This document shows, piece by piece, positions 9,362-17,983 of a stretch of 64,000 nt of DNA. A program made the position numbers and the translations under genes. Source of the stretch: a virus; IMG/VR virus record IMGVR_UViG_3300012352_000117, positions 8,620 to 72,619 of that record. The stretch is one strand, 5' to 3'. Position 1 is the stretch's first letter; each line of letters opens with the position of its first letter. Under the pieces are notes generated by a model that was not told the DNA's origin, did not search any database, and was given only the letters and a program-made list of their open reading frames with translations.

Positions 9362-9947
9362 ATGTGTGATTTACGACTTTGAAACTTTAAGTCAAGACCA
9401 GCGCCAAGGTGTTGTTACATCTTTCGCTATGTTGTCGTTTGATGACAAGAGATACATTGAAGATCCTTATACGTTCGAAGAACTTGTTGGAATGTGCAAG
9501 TACATTAAGTTTGATGTTGAAGAGCAAGTAGCAGTGTATCATCGTAAGATGAGCAAAGAAACTATTGAATGGTGGGACAAACAAGGCGAACAGGCTAAAA
9601 AGCAGATTCGCCCAAGTAAAGACGATGTCTCAATCGATCAGCTCTATGCTTTCATTGTGAATAACTGCGACGCTGCAAATATCAAGCGATCATTTACCCG
9701 TGGTAATACCTTTGATCCAATGTTCTTGGATTACTTGATGAAAGACACTGGAAAGCTTCCTCCATTCCATTGGCGAACTGTTCGTGATACTCGATCAATG
9801 ATTGAAGGTATGTCATTTGGTATGGATTTAGACAATGGTTTCATGCCAGGAGATCTTGCTTCAAAGTTTATTAAGCACGACCCATGTCACGACATTGCTA
9901 TGGACGTGATGCGTATGCAACTATTAGCACAAGCGATTCTCTCATGA
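9354..9947 (+). CDS. dexA: DexA-like DEDD 3'-5' exonuclease
   Basis: IYDFETL, KFD.EEQ...TIEWW.KQ, RG.TFD...L and H...HD.AMD motifs match T4 DexA as recalled. Confidence 0.8.
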   Translation: MTKCVIYDFETLSQDQRQGVVTSFAMLSFDDKRYIEDPYTFEELVGMCKYIKFDVEEQVAVYHRKMSKETIEWWDKQGEQAKKQIRPSKDDVSIDQLYAFIVNNCDAANIKRSFTRGNTFDPMFLDYLMKDTGKLPPFHWRTVRDTRSMIEGMSFGMDLDNGFMPGDLASKFIKHDPCHDIAMDVMRMQLLAQAILS

Positions 9948-10120
9948 AACTGTTTACAACAATTCTTCTTTGTGGTATAATACTATCAGGATGCACTACT
10001 TACAACATCAACACAACTACTATAACTTCTCCTGACGTCGTAGTAGAACGTATCGTTGTACCAGTGCCACTTATTGAACGACCTGTTCGAAATCCGAACA
10101 ATCCATATTATACAAAATGA
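9944..10120 (+). CDS. small lipoprotein
   Basis: MKLFTTILLCGIILSG-C lipobox. Confidence 0.55.
   Translation: MKLFTTILLCGIILSGCTTYNINTTTITSPDVVVERIVVPVPLIERPVRNPNNPYYTK
9953..9981 (+). promoter_or_regulatory. sigma70-type early promoter (inside lipoprotein signal-peptide codons)
   Basis: TTTACA-N17-TATAAT with TGTGG extended -10. Confidence 0.65.
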
Positions 10121-10671
10121 ACATTTTCTATCTACATGCAGATCCAAAGACATGCGCTCAACAACACGTTGATAAGCATGTAGTTAAGATGATCCTTGAA
10201 TACGCTCAACTTCTTTCTACTGCTCATCGAGTTATCGACGGCGTTGAAAGTGTAGCACTGTCTAAATCTGGTCGAAAGCAAAAAGTGTGGGCTCTTGACG
10301 ACGAGCGTGAAGCTAACATCTATAAAGCTTCACACATCAACCATCCTTCAGCTAAGTGGGCTCGGCACTGCTACTCTAATTATCAATTTCTTTTCGAGCT
10401 TTGGACTCACTTGCTAGATGAATACACTTACCGCTATGGTAAACATCATTCGTCTGGTCGGTTGCTTGGCTACTTAGCTCGTCCTCCGATGAAGATCTCT
10501 ACTGTACATAAGTTCTCAGCGCCTTGGCGTGCTATGCCAGATGACTACAAAGTTCCTCGTGAAGTTGAAGAATACACTGTGAAATCTTATCGCGCGTACT
10601 ATAACGGTTCTAAGTCTCATATGTTTAAGTGGAAGAACCGAGAAGTTCCTGATTGGGTTGAGGTAAAGTAA
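10117..10671 (+). CDS. pyrimidine-dimer DNA glycosylase family protein (DenV-related)
   Basis: MNIFYL...CAQ.H.DKHVVKMILEYAQLLSTAH; HINHP...W; YRAYY..K. Confidence 0.75.
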   Translation: MNIFYLHADPKTCAQQHVDKHVVKMILEYAQLLSTAHRVIDGVESVALSKSGRKQKVWALDDEREANIYKASHINHPSAKWARHCYSNYQFLFELWTHLLDEYTYRYGKHHSSGRLLGYLARPPMKISTVHKFSAPWRAMPDDYKVPREVEEYTVKSYRAYYNGSKSHMFKWKNREVPDWVEVK

Positions 10672-11051
10672 TGGGATTGCAATGGAGAAAGCGCACCAAG
10701 GACGCAAAGTCTTGGTGGAATTTCTCATCTTCTAAAAGAGGCCTTGGTGCCTCTTTTTCGTTTAAGATGGGAGACATCACTGCTAACTTTGGTACTGGAG
10801 GAAGACGAAGAATCACGATGAAACTTGGAAATGGTTTTCGTTATGTTAAGACTGCGACTATCAAACCAAAACCTAAAGCAATCACTTCATCAAAACCAAT
10901 TGTGTCTACTAACGAACTTATTGACTCATTAGAAACGCTAAACAGAAAATTAGAGCCTCTAGACATGGATAAGTGGACTGGAAAACAGCAGTTAGTTTTT
11001 GTGCTTATAGTTTTTATTGTGTGTCTAGTCGTGCAATTGTCGATGAGATAA
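10671..11051 (+). CDS. DUF4236-like protein with C-terminal TM helix
   Basis: MGL.WRKR...N.S.SKRG.G.S...G...G.RYVKT; hydrophobic C-terminus. Confidence 0.5.
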   Translation: MGLQWRKRTKDAKSWWNFSSSKRGLGASFSFKMGDITANFGTGGRRRITMKLGNGFRYVKTATIKPKPKAITSSKPIVSTNELIDSLETLNRKLEPLDMDKWTGKQQLVFVLIVFIVCLVVQLSMR

Positions 11052-11092
11052 CGATATATAGTTTTAGGTACCCCTCTCAATATGGAAACACT

Positions 11093-11350
11093 ATGCCACT
11101 TTATGATTTTCAATGCACTGAATGTGAAAGCGTCTTCGAAGTAAGCTGCAAAATTTCAGAAAAATCCGATCCTCACTCATGTCCAAGTTGCCAGTCGACT
11201 AAAACAGAGTCGAGGATTTTTTCTGCCCCGAGAGTGGGCGACTCAATTGCTCTTGGATTAAACCAGCACCAGCGTGGATTCAAAGAGGTACTCAATAAAA
11301 TCCACAAACGAGCTGCCGGGAGTGTTCTTAACAAAACTACGGAAATGTAA
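11093..11350 (+). CDS. FmdB-family zinc-ribbon protein
   Basis: MPLYDFQCTEC...CPSC. Confidence 0.75.
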   Translation: MPLYDFQCTECESVFEVSCKISEKSDPHSCPSCQSTKTESRIFSAPRVGDSIALGLNQHQRGFKEVLNKIHKRAAGSVLNKTTEM

Positions 11351-12112
11351 ATGGCAACAAAACGATCAGCGGGAGTGAACGGACAAGTTGAAGAAGCTGC
11401 AGCAGCTGCTAAAACTAAAGTCAATAACCATCTTAAATTAAGACTAGACGATCTAAAAACATTTGAACCTCTAACTGCAAACCAAAAGAAGTTTTTTGAC
11501 GCATATAAGCAAGGAGATTATTTCGTAGCACTCCACGGAGTTGCAGGAACTGGAAAAACATTCTGTGCACTCTATAAAGCTATTGAAGAAGTATTGGATA
11601 AGAACAATCCTTTCAATAAGATTATCGTAGTACGCTCGGCAGTTCAAAGTCGAGACATGGGTCACCTTCCTGGTGACGTCAACGAAAAGATGGAGATTTA
11701 TCAACAGCCATATAGACAAATCTGTGATACACTATTTGGACGCCGTGATGCTTGGGATCGATTAGAAGAGCAACATCATATAGAGTTTATTTCTACTTCG
11801 TTCATTCGTGGTATGTCGTTTGACGATGCTATCATTATCGTAGATGAAATGCAGAACTTAACGTTTGAAGAGATCGATACTGTCATGACCCGTGTTGGTT
11901 ATCGTTCAAAGATCATCTGGTGTGGAGATTATCGCCAGACTGACTTGAACAAGAAAAAGAACGACATGAGTGGTATCTTAAAGTTCTTTGATATCGCACA
12001 ACACATGGCCGCGTTTACAAGAATTGAATTCACTGCCGAAGATATTGTTAGATCCTCTTTGGTCAAAGATTACATTCTCGCTAAGATGAGATACGAAGAT
12101 TATAGTGAATAA
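11351..12112 (+). CDS. phoH: PhoH-family ATPase
   Basis: GVAGTGKT Walker A; MGHLPGD..EK, FIRGMSFD and IIVDEMQN motifs; GD..Q.D. Confidence 0.92.
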   Translation: MATKRSAGVNGQVEEAAAAAKTKVNNHLKLRLDDLKTFEPLTANQKKFFDAYKQGDYFVALHGVAGTGKTFCALYKAIEEVLDKNNPFNKIIVVRSAVQSRDMGHLPGDVNEKMEIYQQPYRQICDTLFGRRDAWDRLEEQHHIEFISTSFIRGMSFDDAIIIVDEMQNLTFEEIDTVMTRVGYRSKIIWCGDYRQTDLNKKKNDMSGILKFFDIAQHMAAFTRIEFTAEDIVRSSLVKDYILAKMRYEDYSE

Positions 12113-12122
12113 ATAGAAGCTT

Positions 12123-12184
12123 TTCACCTTTCAGCTAGATAGATCAATTTGATATAAATATGTCTATCTAACTTGAAAGGTGAA
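12123..12184 (+). promoter_or_regulatory. RBS-sequestering hairpin with T4 late promoter TATAAATA (12153-12160) in its loop
   Basis: TTCACCTTTCA (12123-33) pairs with TGAAAGGTGAA (12174-84); TAGATAGA (12136-43) pairs with TCTATCTA (12163-70). Confidence 0.8.
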
Positions 12185-12188
12185 CTTC

Positions 12189-12815
12189 ATGGAATTAACT
12201 TTAGAGCAATTAAAGCAATTACTGCCTAAAAATCCATACGTCGAGCATTGGCATAGAGCTCTATCTCAGCTTTTGCCGGACTATGAGATAAATACGCCTG
12301 AACGTATAGCAGCGTTCGTGGCTCAATGTGCACATGAATCCGGTGGATTTATGGTACTTAAAGAGAATCTGAATTACAGAGCTCCAACTCTTCGTAAGAT
12401 TTTCCCTAAGTACTTCCCAGACGATGCCATTGCTAATCATTATGCTTCTCTTCCAAACAAGCAAGAAGCAATCGCTAATAAAGTCTACGCCAATAGAATG
12501 GGTAACGGACCAGAAGAATCTGGTGATGGTTTCCGCTATTGTGGCCGTGGTCTAATCCAGCTTACTGGCAAGCAGAACTATTCCTGGTTCGCCGCTTCGC
12601 TAAATATCCCAGTTGAAGAAGCCTCTGAGTACCTACAAACATTTGAAGGTGCTGCTCAATCAGCGTGCTGGTTCTGGGAAACAAATAATCTAAACCAATG
12701 GGCTGACAAAGGTGATATTCTAACATTGACTAAACGCATCAATGGTGGAACGATCGGTCTAGAAGATCGTATCAAGCACTATCAACATGCTCTACACGTA
12801 TTAGGTGGCCACTAA
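12189..12815 (+). CDS. glycoside hydrolase family 19 endolysin
   Basis: AAFVAQCAHESGG, ENLNY, YANRMGNG...GDG.RY.GRGLIQLTGK.NY, TKRINGG..GL.DR. Confidence 0.9.
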   Translation: MELTLEQLKQLLPKNPYVEHWHRALSQLLPDYEINTPERIAAFVAQCAHESGGFMVLKENLNYRAPTLRKIFPKYFPDDAIANHYASLPNKQEAIANKVYANRMGNGPEESGDGFRYCGRGLIQLTGKQNYSWFAASLNIPVEEASEYLQTFEGAAQSACWFWETNNLNQWADKGDILTLTKRINGGTIGLEDRIKHYQHALHVLGGH

Positions 12816-13114
12816 TGAGCGACGATAAGAAATTAGTTAAGTGGCTACTGCTTCTTCTACTGTTGCCATTAGCTTTGGCATATTTCAGTGGCGATAGATA
12901 TCGTTATCCATGTCAAGATCCAAACAATTGGGATAAAGACATGTGTAAGATGCCAATATGTGATGTGAACCGCTCATGCCCGGAACATATCTTTAAAGGA
13001 CAACGTGACCCTAGATTAGGACCTCCAAAAGATGAACAAACTAAAATTACTAATACACCGAATCCAGCTATGGGTGGCGGATCGCTTTCACAAGGAGCAA
13101 ACTGTGGAAAATAA
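12815..13114 (+). CDS. membrane-anchored Cys-containing protein (lysis-cluster candidate)
   Basis: N-terminal TM followed by RYPCQDP...C...C...CP. Confidence 0.6.
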   Translation: MSDDKKLVKWLLLLLLLPLALAYFSGDRYRYPCQDPNNWDKDMCKMPICDVNRSCPEHIFKGQRDPRLGPPKDEQTKITNTPNPAMGGGSLSQGANCGK

Positions 13115-13592
13115 TAACACTCACATCTACACAGAAGAGCAATTGATGGCTCGTCTGAAGTTCTTCATTGGTATCTGCTTATCATTGACGCTCTTCGGTA
13201 TCGTTTTCGTTGTTCTGTATTCGTTGATCTTCGTTACTCAGCCATTGAATGCTATCTCTCCAATCGACCAAAAGTTCTTTGAGTTGATTATTCCTATTGC
13301 GACATTCTTGACTGGTACTCTATCTGGTATCATGTTAGCAAGCGGAGATAAAGAAGGACAGAAAGCAGCTTTAGCCGCAGCAAACAAAGGTTGGGATAAA
13401 CCACCAACTCCAGTTGCTCCACCTCCATCGTTCAATCCTCCTATGAATAGTGGATATGGCAATATGCCTTTGAGCTCTCCTGCTGCATTCGCATCTTCAT
13501 TCGCTGCTCAGGCACCAAACTTTACACCTCAAATTGTAACAGGCTTTGGTGGTAAGCCAGCTCCAATGCAACCTCCACAACCTGAGTTATAA
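13104..13592 (+). CDS. two-TM protein with Pro-rich tail
   Basis: Two long hydrophobic helices; PTPVAPPP-rich C-terminus; GTG start at 13104 after SD AGGAG. Confidence 0.6.
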   Translation: MENNNTHIYTEEQLMARLKFFIGICLSLTLFGIVFVVLYSLIFVTQPLNAISPIDQKFFELIIPIATFLTGTLSGIMLASGDKEGQKAALAAANKGWDKPPTPVAPPPSFNPPMNSGYGNMPLSSPAAFASSFAAQAPNFTPQIVTGFGGKPAPMQPPQPEL

Positions 13593-13594
13593 AA

Positions 13595-13825
13595 ATGAAA
13601 TGGCTCTCTAGTATGATGTCAGACGGAAACAATGGCTCGGTAAGTAGTAAGCGAGTTATAACATTCCTCGCATTCTTACTATGCGGCACAGCTTTTATGG
13701 TAGACTTGTTTACCGAATACAAAGCAGATTCAGAACTCTTTAACTCTATGATGTATATTGTTGTAGCAGGTTTAGGGTTCACTGCATCAGAAAAATTTAG
13801 TACAAAAAGGAAAGAAAATGAATAA
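13595..13825 (+). CDS. holin-like two-TM protein
   Basis: SSKRV, two TMs, basic C-terminus; downstream of the endolysin. Confidence 0.45.
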   Translation: MKWLSSMMSDGNNGSVSSKRVITFLAFLLCGTAFMVDLFTEYKADSELFNSMMYIVVAGLGFTASEKFSTKRKENE

Positions 13826-14015
13826 GATTTTGATCGCACTTCTAGTAGCAATGTCTTCGTTGTCGTTCGCTGCAGAAACACAAAAAGTCTGTATCGACAA
13901 GATTGGTAAAGACGGCAAAGTTGTAATGGGTAAAGATGGCAAGCCTCAGCAAGACTGCAAAATGATGAAAGTACACAAGAAACTTGAAGGTACAGCAGTA
14001 CCAGTTAAAAAGTAA
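13818..14015 (+). CDS. small secreted protein
   Basis: Sec signal MNKILIALLVAMSSLSFA; two Cys; Lys-rich. Confidence 0.6.
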   Translation: MNKILIALLVAMSSLSFAAETQKVCIDKIGKDGKVVMGKDGKPQQDCKMMKVHKKLEGTAVPVKK

Positions 14016-14021
14016 CTTGAT

Positions 14022-14050
14022 TGTACATATTATGATAGCTGTTGTATAAT
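14022..14050 (+). promoter_or_regulatory. sigma70-type early promoter
   Basis: TGTACA-N17-TATAAT. Confidence 0.7.
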
Positions 14051-14056
14051 TAAGGA

Positions 14057-14707
14057 ATGAAAACATTCATTCAACACGATCTTCCAACGCTAAAACGAGT
14101 AGATAGTCCTCAAGGACGAGTTTACCAAACACCGACGGGAAAAGCCTATCCGTCGGTGACTTCTATTACAGGGCAATTGGGTAAAGACGAGTTCTTTGCT
14201 TGGAGAGCTCGAGTAGGCGAAGAAGAAGCAAACCGTGTTGCTGCAAGAGCTGCACGTAGAGGTACTGCTATACATAGTCTATGTGAAGACTATCTCTATG
14301 GCAAGAATCCAGAAGCAACTATGTTTGATCAGCAAGTCTTCAATTCTTTGAAGCCTCATCTAGATCTGATCGACAATATCCACGCTCTGGAATCTAAGCT
14401 CTATTCAGATCATCTACAAGTTGCAGGAACTGTAGACTGTATCGCTGAATACGACGGCAAACTTTCGGTGATTGACTTCAAGACATCGAAACGTATCAAA
14501 TCAAAAGAAGACATTCCAGGCTACTTCATTCAGACTGCAGCGTATGCTGTAGCATTTGAAGAACGCACAGGAATCCCAGTTCCTAGATTATTGATTATCA
14601 TGGGTGTGGATGATGAAGAGCCAATTATCTTCAAAGAAAAACGCGACAATTGGATTGGACAGTTCATTGACTTGAGAGAGCAGTTTCGACGTAGTAAAGG
14701 ACACTGA
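14057..14707 (+). CDS. PD-(D/E)XK exonuclease
   Basis: R.Y.TP.G..YPSVT; RGT..H..CE; AGTVDC; IDFKTS; Y..Q..AY. Confidence 0.85.
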   Translation: MKTFIQHDLPTLKRVDSPQGRVYQTPTGKAYPSVTSITGQLGKDEFFAWRARVGEEEANRVAARAARRGTAIHSLCEDYLYGKNPEATMFDQQVFNSLKPHLDLIDNIHALESKLYSDHLQVAGTVDCIAEYDGKLSVIDFKTSKRIKSKEDIPGYFIQTAAYAVAFEERTGIPVPRLLIIMGVDDEEPIIFKEKRDNWIGQFIDLREQFRRSKGH

Positions 14708-14741
14708 TAAATAATAGACCACTTCAAAAAGGTCTATTATG
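14706..14741 (+). promoter_or_regulatory. late-type promoter variant GATAAATA overlapping a 10-bp hairpin that buries the start codon
   Basis: ATAATAGACC (14711-20) and GGTCTATTAT (14731-40) form a perfect inverted repeat; the ATG is at 14739. Confidence 0.55.
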
Positions 14742-14954
14742 CAGATGTATGCTAAAGCGATGTATCAGGCTTGGTGCAACGGCCAAGATCAAATGCTCAT
14801 TCGTTCTCGCTATAAAGTTTTCATTGCTCTTGCAAGTAGAAATCTAAGTAGATCTTTAGATGATATGGAACAGTTTCTTCGAACTCAATCATGGTTTCTA
14901 AAGCCTGAAGATGATTGTACATCTTCTATAGAACATGGTACAATCTATAAATAG
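14739..14954 (+). CDS. hypothetical protein
   Basis: 71 aa ORF. Confidence 0.55.
   Translation: MQMYAKAMYQAWCNGQDQMLIRSRYKVFIALASRNLSRSLDDMEQFLRTQSWFLKPEDDCTSSIEHGTIYK
14946..14953 (+). promoter_or_regulatory. T4 late (gp55) promoter
   Basis: TATAAATA ending 32 nt upstream of the Cys-rich gene. Confidence 0.7.
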
Positions 14955-14984
14955 ACCTATGTACACAAACACTCAAGGTAAAGC

Positions 14985-15401
14985 ATGACTCTACCAGTAT
15001 CACCTAATGCTATATCGTATTCTAATGTCAATACGGAGACTGGCCAAGCCTCGAATTATTCGTCTACTATGGCTTGGATCAAGACTAAAGCTAAGGCCGC
15101 TAACCAATATAATAATCTAGGCCAGTATCGTGGTTTAGCTTTTTACGCAAATAGCACTGCAGGCAATTGTAATAATGGCAATTGTACTACAGGCACATTA
15201 GCCAACTGCGGTAACATCCAATGCACAAACTGCTTTAATACTACTATCAACTGTGCTAATTGCGATGGCGCTACTAGCTATCTTCAGCCAAACTGTAATT
15301 GCGCTTGCACATACAACTGTGCAACAAACCAAGTTTCTTATAACTGTAATTGTGACTGTGCTTGCGCTTGTGACTGTGCTTGCGCTTGTGACTGTGGCTA
15401 A
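14985..15401 (+). CDS. Cys-rich protein, putative radical SAM substrate
   Basis: 138 aa with 20 Cys in the C-terminal part (NC, CxC, CDCACA repeats); directly upstream of the rSAM/SPASM gene. Confidence 0.7.
   Translation: MTLPVSPNAISYSNVNTETGQASNYSSTMAWIKTKAKAANQYNNLGQYRGLAFYANSTAGNCNNGNCTTGTLANCGNIQCTNCFNTTINCANCDGATSYLQPNCNCACTYNCATNQVSYNCNCDCACACDCACACDCG
15351..15396 (+). repeat. 18-nt tandem repeat (2.5 copies) encoding CDCACA
   Basis: TGTGACTGTGCTTGCGCT x2 plus TGTGACTGTG. Confidence 0.9.
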
Positions 15402-15416
15402 ACTCTGGAATTTAAT

Positions 15417-16865
15417 ATGATTTTTGAAATACACGCTGAACGATCTGAGAACGATAAAAAGACATTTTTCTATGACAACATGTCTAACAAACTCTGGACA
15501 GAAGACTTTACGTTTGAATACCCAGAAGAACAACGTATTAAGTATAGTTCTACTGAATCGTTCGCTTTTGATAAGCATACAGGCTTCGGCAAAAGCAGAA
15601 AAATCAATCTTCTTAAGATACAATTAGGTCTTTCATGCAACTATTCATGTGACTATTGTTCTCAGAAATTTGTAGAACGACCAAAGGAGACTTCTAAGAA
15701 AGATATTGAGAACTTCATGTCTTTACTAGATAACCTAGACTTTGATGAATCATTAGGTTTGAAAGTTGAATTCTGGGGAGGTGAACCATTTGTTTACTGG
15801 AAAACAATGAAGCCTCTAGCTGAGACACTTAGAGAAAGATTCAAACACTGGAAAAAGCAGCCACACTTTTCAGTGATCACTAACGGGTCTATTCTCACTA
15901 ATGAAATTTGTGCTTGGCTGTACGCAATGGATTTTTCTATTGGCATCAGTCATGACGGTCCTGGCCAACCTGTTCGTGGTCCGGATCCTTTTGTAGATCC
16001 AGAAAAGAAGAAAGTTGTTCTCAATCTATACAAGATGTTGAAGCCTTCTGGCAGAATTAGTTTTAATTCAATGCTTTCTTCTAAGAACACTAGTAGAAAA
16101 GACATTTATGATTGGTTCGTAGAATTTGTCAACGACAATAATGTTGTTCTTGGTGAAGGCACTCTAGTTGACGCATACGACGAAGATGGTGTCACCAATT
16201 CATTGAATAGCTTGAAAGAGCATTTTGAGTTTCGCAGAACTGCGTTCAACGATATCTACAGTAATGATGGAAGAATCGGGTTTACTGGTATTCTCCAAAA
16301 AGTAGATGAATTTGTTAACTCTGTTTTGAGCCATAGAGATGCAAACACTTTAGGCCAGAAATGTGGAATGGATCGACAAAACACCATTGCCATAGATTTA
16401 ACTGGAAATGTGCTTACATGCCAAAACGTCAGTGCAGTTGAAACTGCTATGAACTTAGAGTCACATCTTGCTGGTAACATTTCTGACATTGATGCAGTTA
16501 ACATTAAGTCTTCTACGCACTGGAAGAAAAGACCTGATTGTTCAAACTGCCCAGTACTTAGCATCTGTAAAGGTGCATGTATGTTTCTAGATGGAAAGTA
16601 CTGGGAAACATCTTGCTCAAATTCATATTCTGACTCTATTGCACTTTTTGCTCTAGCGTTCGAGAAAATCACTAACGGATATATTCCTACTTTCATCAAC
16701 TCTGATGTTCTTCCAAATGAACGCAAAGATATTTGGGGCACTGTACTAGAGCACAAAGAACAACCAAAGAAGAAAGTATTTCCAATCAAAGTTGTAAGCG
16801 AAAAAACCGAATTAGATGGAATTGAAGTTTACACTAAATCTCAATTACAGGAGAACACAAAATGA
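15417..16865 (+). CDS. radical SAM enzyme with SPASM domain (anSME/RiPP-maturase-like)
   Basis: CNYSCDYC (Cx3Cx2C), FWGGEP, ITNG, ISHDG; C-terminal KCG...TCQ and CSNCPVLSICKGAC (Cx2Cx5Cx3C). Confidence 0.9.
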   Translation: MIFEIHAERSENDKKTFFYDNMSNKLWTEDFTFEYPEEQRIKYSSTESFAFDKHTGFGKSRKINLLKIQLGLSCNYSCDYCSQKFVERPKETSKKDIENFMSLLDNLDFDESLGLKVEFWGGEPFVYWKTMKPLAETLRERFKHWKKQPHFSVITNGSILTNEICAWLYAMDFSIGISHDGPGQPVRGPDPFVDPEKKKVVLNLYKMLKPSGRISFNSMLSSKNTSRKDIYDWFVEFVNDNNVVLGEGTLVDAYDEDGVTNSLNSLKEHFEFRRTAFNDIYSNDGRIGFTGILQKVDEFVNSVLSHRDANTLGQKCGMDRQNTIAIDLTGNVLTCQNVSAVETAMNLESHLAGNISDIDAVNIKSSTHWKKRPDCSNCPVLSICKGACMFLDGKYWETSCSNSYSDSIALFALAFEKITNGYIPTFINSDVLPNERKDIWGTVLEHKEQPKKKVFPIKVVSEKTELDGIEVYTKSQLQENTK

Positions 16866-17209
16866 CAGATGATCAAATCCAAAAAGAAAATGCTATAATG
16901 TCAACAGAGAATCTAGCTCTGTTGATTGATGGTATGCGTCGTATTGATGGCGTTCAGCAAGTACGCTGGTGGCCAGCTCTTAGAACCAAGGTTAAAGAAG
17001 TCGCAGATGACAACGCAGTTAGCATTAACTGCTATATGCACTTATACGGTGATACTTCTATTGATAGATATGTTCAACTATCAAAGGTCTATCCATCCAC
17101 AGTTTGGAATGATCCAACAACACACGCTCTTGCTGTATCTGCTATGAGAGATTCTGTTAAGCTATACTTAGAAACTGGAACTTTATCTAATAACGGATAT
17201 GTAGTCTAA
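16862..17209 (+). CDS. hypothetical protein in rSAM cluster
   Basis: 115 aa, overlaps the rSAM stop. Confidence 0.65.
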   Translation: MTDDQIQKENAIMSTENLALLIDGMRRIDGVQQVRWWPALRTKVKEVADDNAVSINCYMHLYGDTSIDRYVQLSKVYPSTVWNDPTTHALAVSAMRDSVKLYLETGTLSNNGYVV

Positions 17210-17221
17210 ATTAAGGATTTT

Positions 17222-17983
17222 GTGATGCTAAGTGAAAGAGAAGTGAATGAGATTTATTATCTGTCGTATTGCAGTTTTGTAGATCAAAGACAAGACCAAA
17301 ATATAAACATGTCTTTGAACGGCGGGGAATGCAATGCCTTGACATGGAATAAACGACTTCTTGGAGCAGCTAGACATGCTGCTAGCGTAAAAGCTCTTAT
17401 TGGTTTTGATAGGGGTTACATTTGGAATTACAATTTTATTAAAGGCTACAATTTCAGTAGTAGTAGAGGCGAACCGCAGACTCACACAATTGAATCTAAC
17501 AAGAGTTGGTTGATGCGATTTAACGACACCAACGATGGTTGGATGTTTGATGGAAATTTTGAAAACAAGAATCAACTAGAGTATTGTATTCTTAACAATC
17601 AAAAGCTTGCTGCCTTAGACTTTATACACGATAAGATACATTCTTATCGAAAAGATTTTAACTACGATCTTCAAGGTCAGCAGACGGTATACATCCGTAA
17701 ATACATTGAAGCAAAGCGTATTTTAGACAATGGAATTGAGTATGATGATACTTTAGAATTCCCATTTGTTTCTGGATATGCAAACCACATTGGTGGAACT
17801 CTTCGTGAAGCTGCTAAAGCTATTGTGTTTAAGTATGAATCAGAGTCAGCTAACATTGCAGAAAGCGAAAATCTTCGACTAAAATTTGTTGATATTATTC
17901 GTAAAGAAAACGATATTAAGAATCTAACTACGATTCTTAATGATTTTGCGACAGAGCATTACTTTTATGGCGGTTCATTGTGA
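17222..17983 (+). CDS. hypothetical protein in rSAM cluster
   Basis: 253 aa; the C-terminal helical segment (KYIEAKRIL...FPFV..YA..IG.TLREAAKAI) loosely recalls tail-fibre-associated proteins. Confidence 0.6.
   Translation: MMLSEREVNEIYYLSYCSFVDQRQDQNINMSLNGGECNALTWNKRLLGAARHAASVKALIGFDRGYIWNYNFIKGYNFSSSRGEPQTHTIESNKSWLMRFNDTNDGWMFDGNFENKNQLEYCILNNQKLAALDFIHDKIHSYRKDFNYDLQGQQTVYIRKYIEAKRILDNGIEYDDTLEFPFVSGYANHIGGTLREAAKAIVFKYESESANIAESENLRLKFVDIIRKENDIKNLTTILNDFATEHYFYGGSL

Noticed and set aside
14057-14707. Cas4/CRISPR-associated nuclease
   Set aside because: Generic PD-(D/E)XK phage exonuclease; no four-Cys Fe-S motif and no array.
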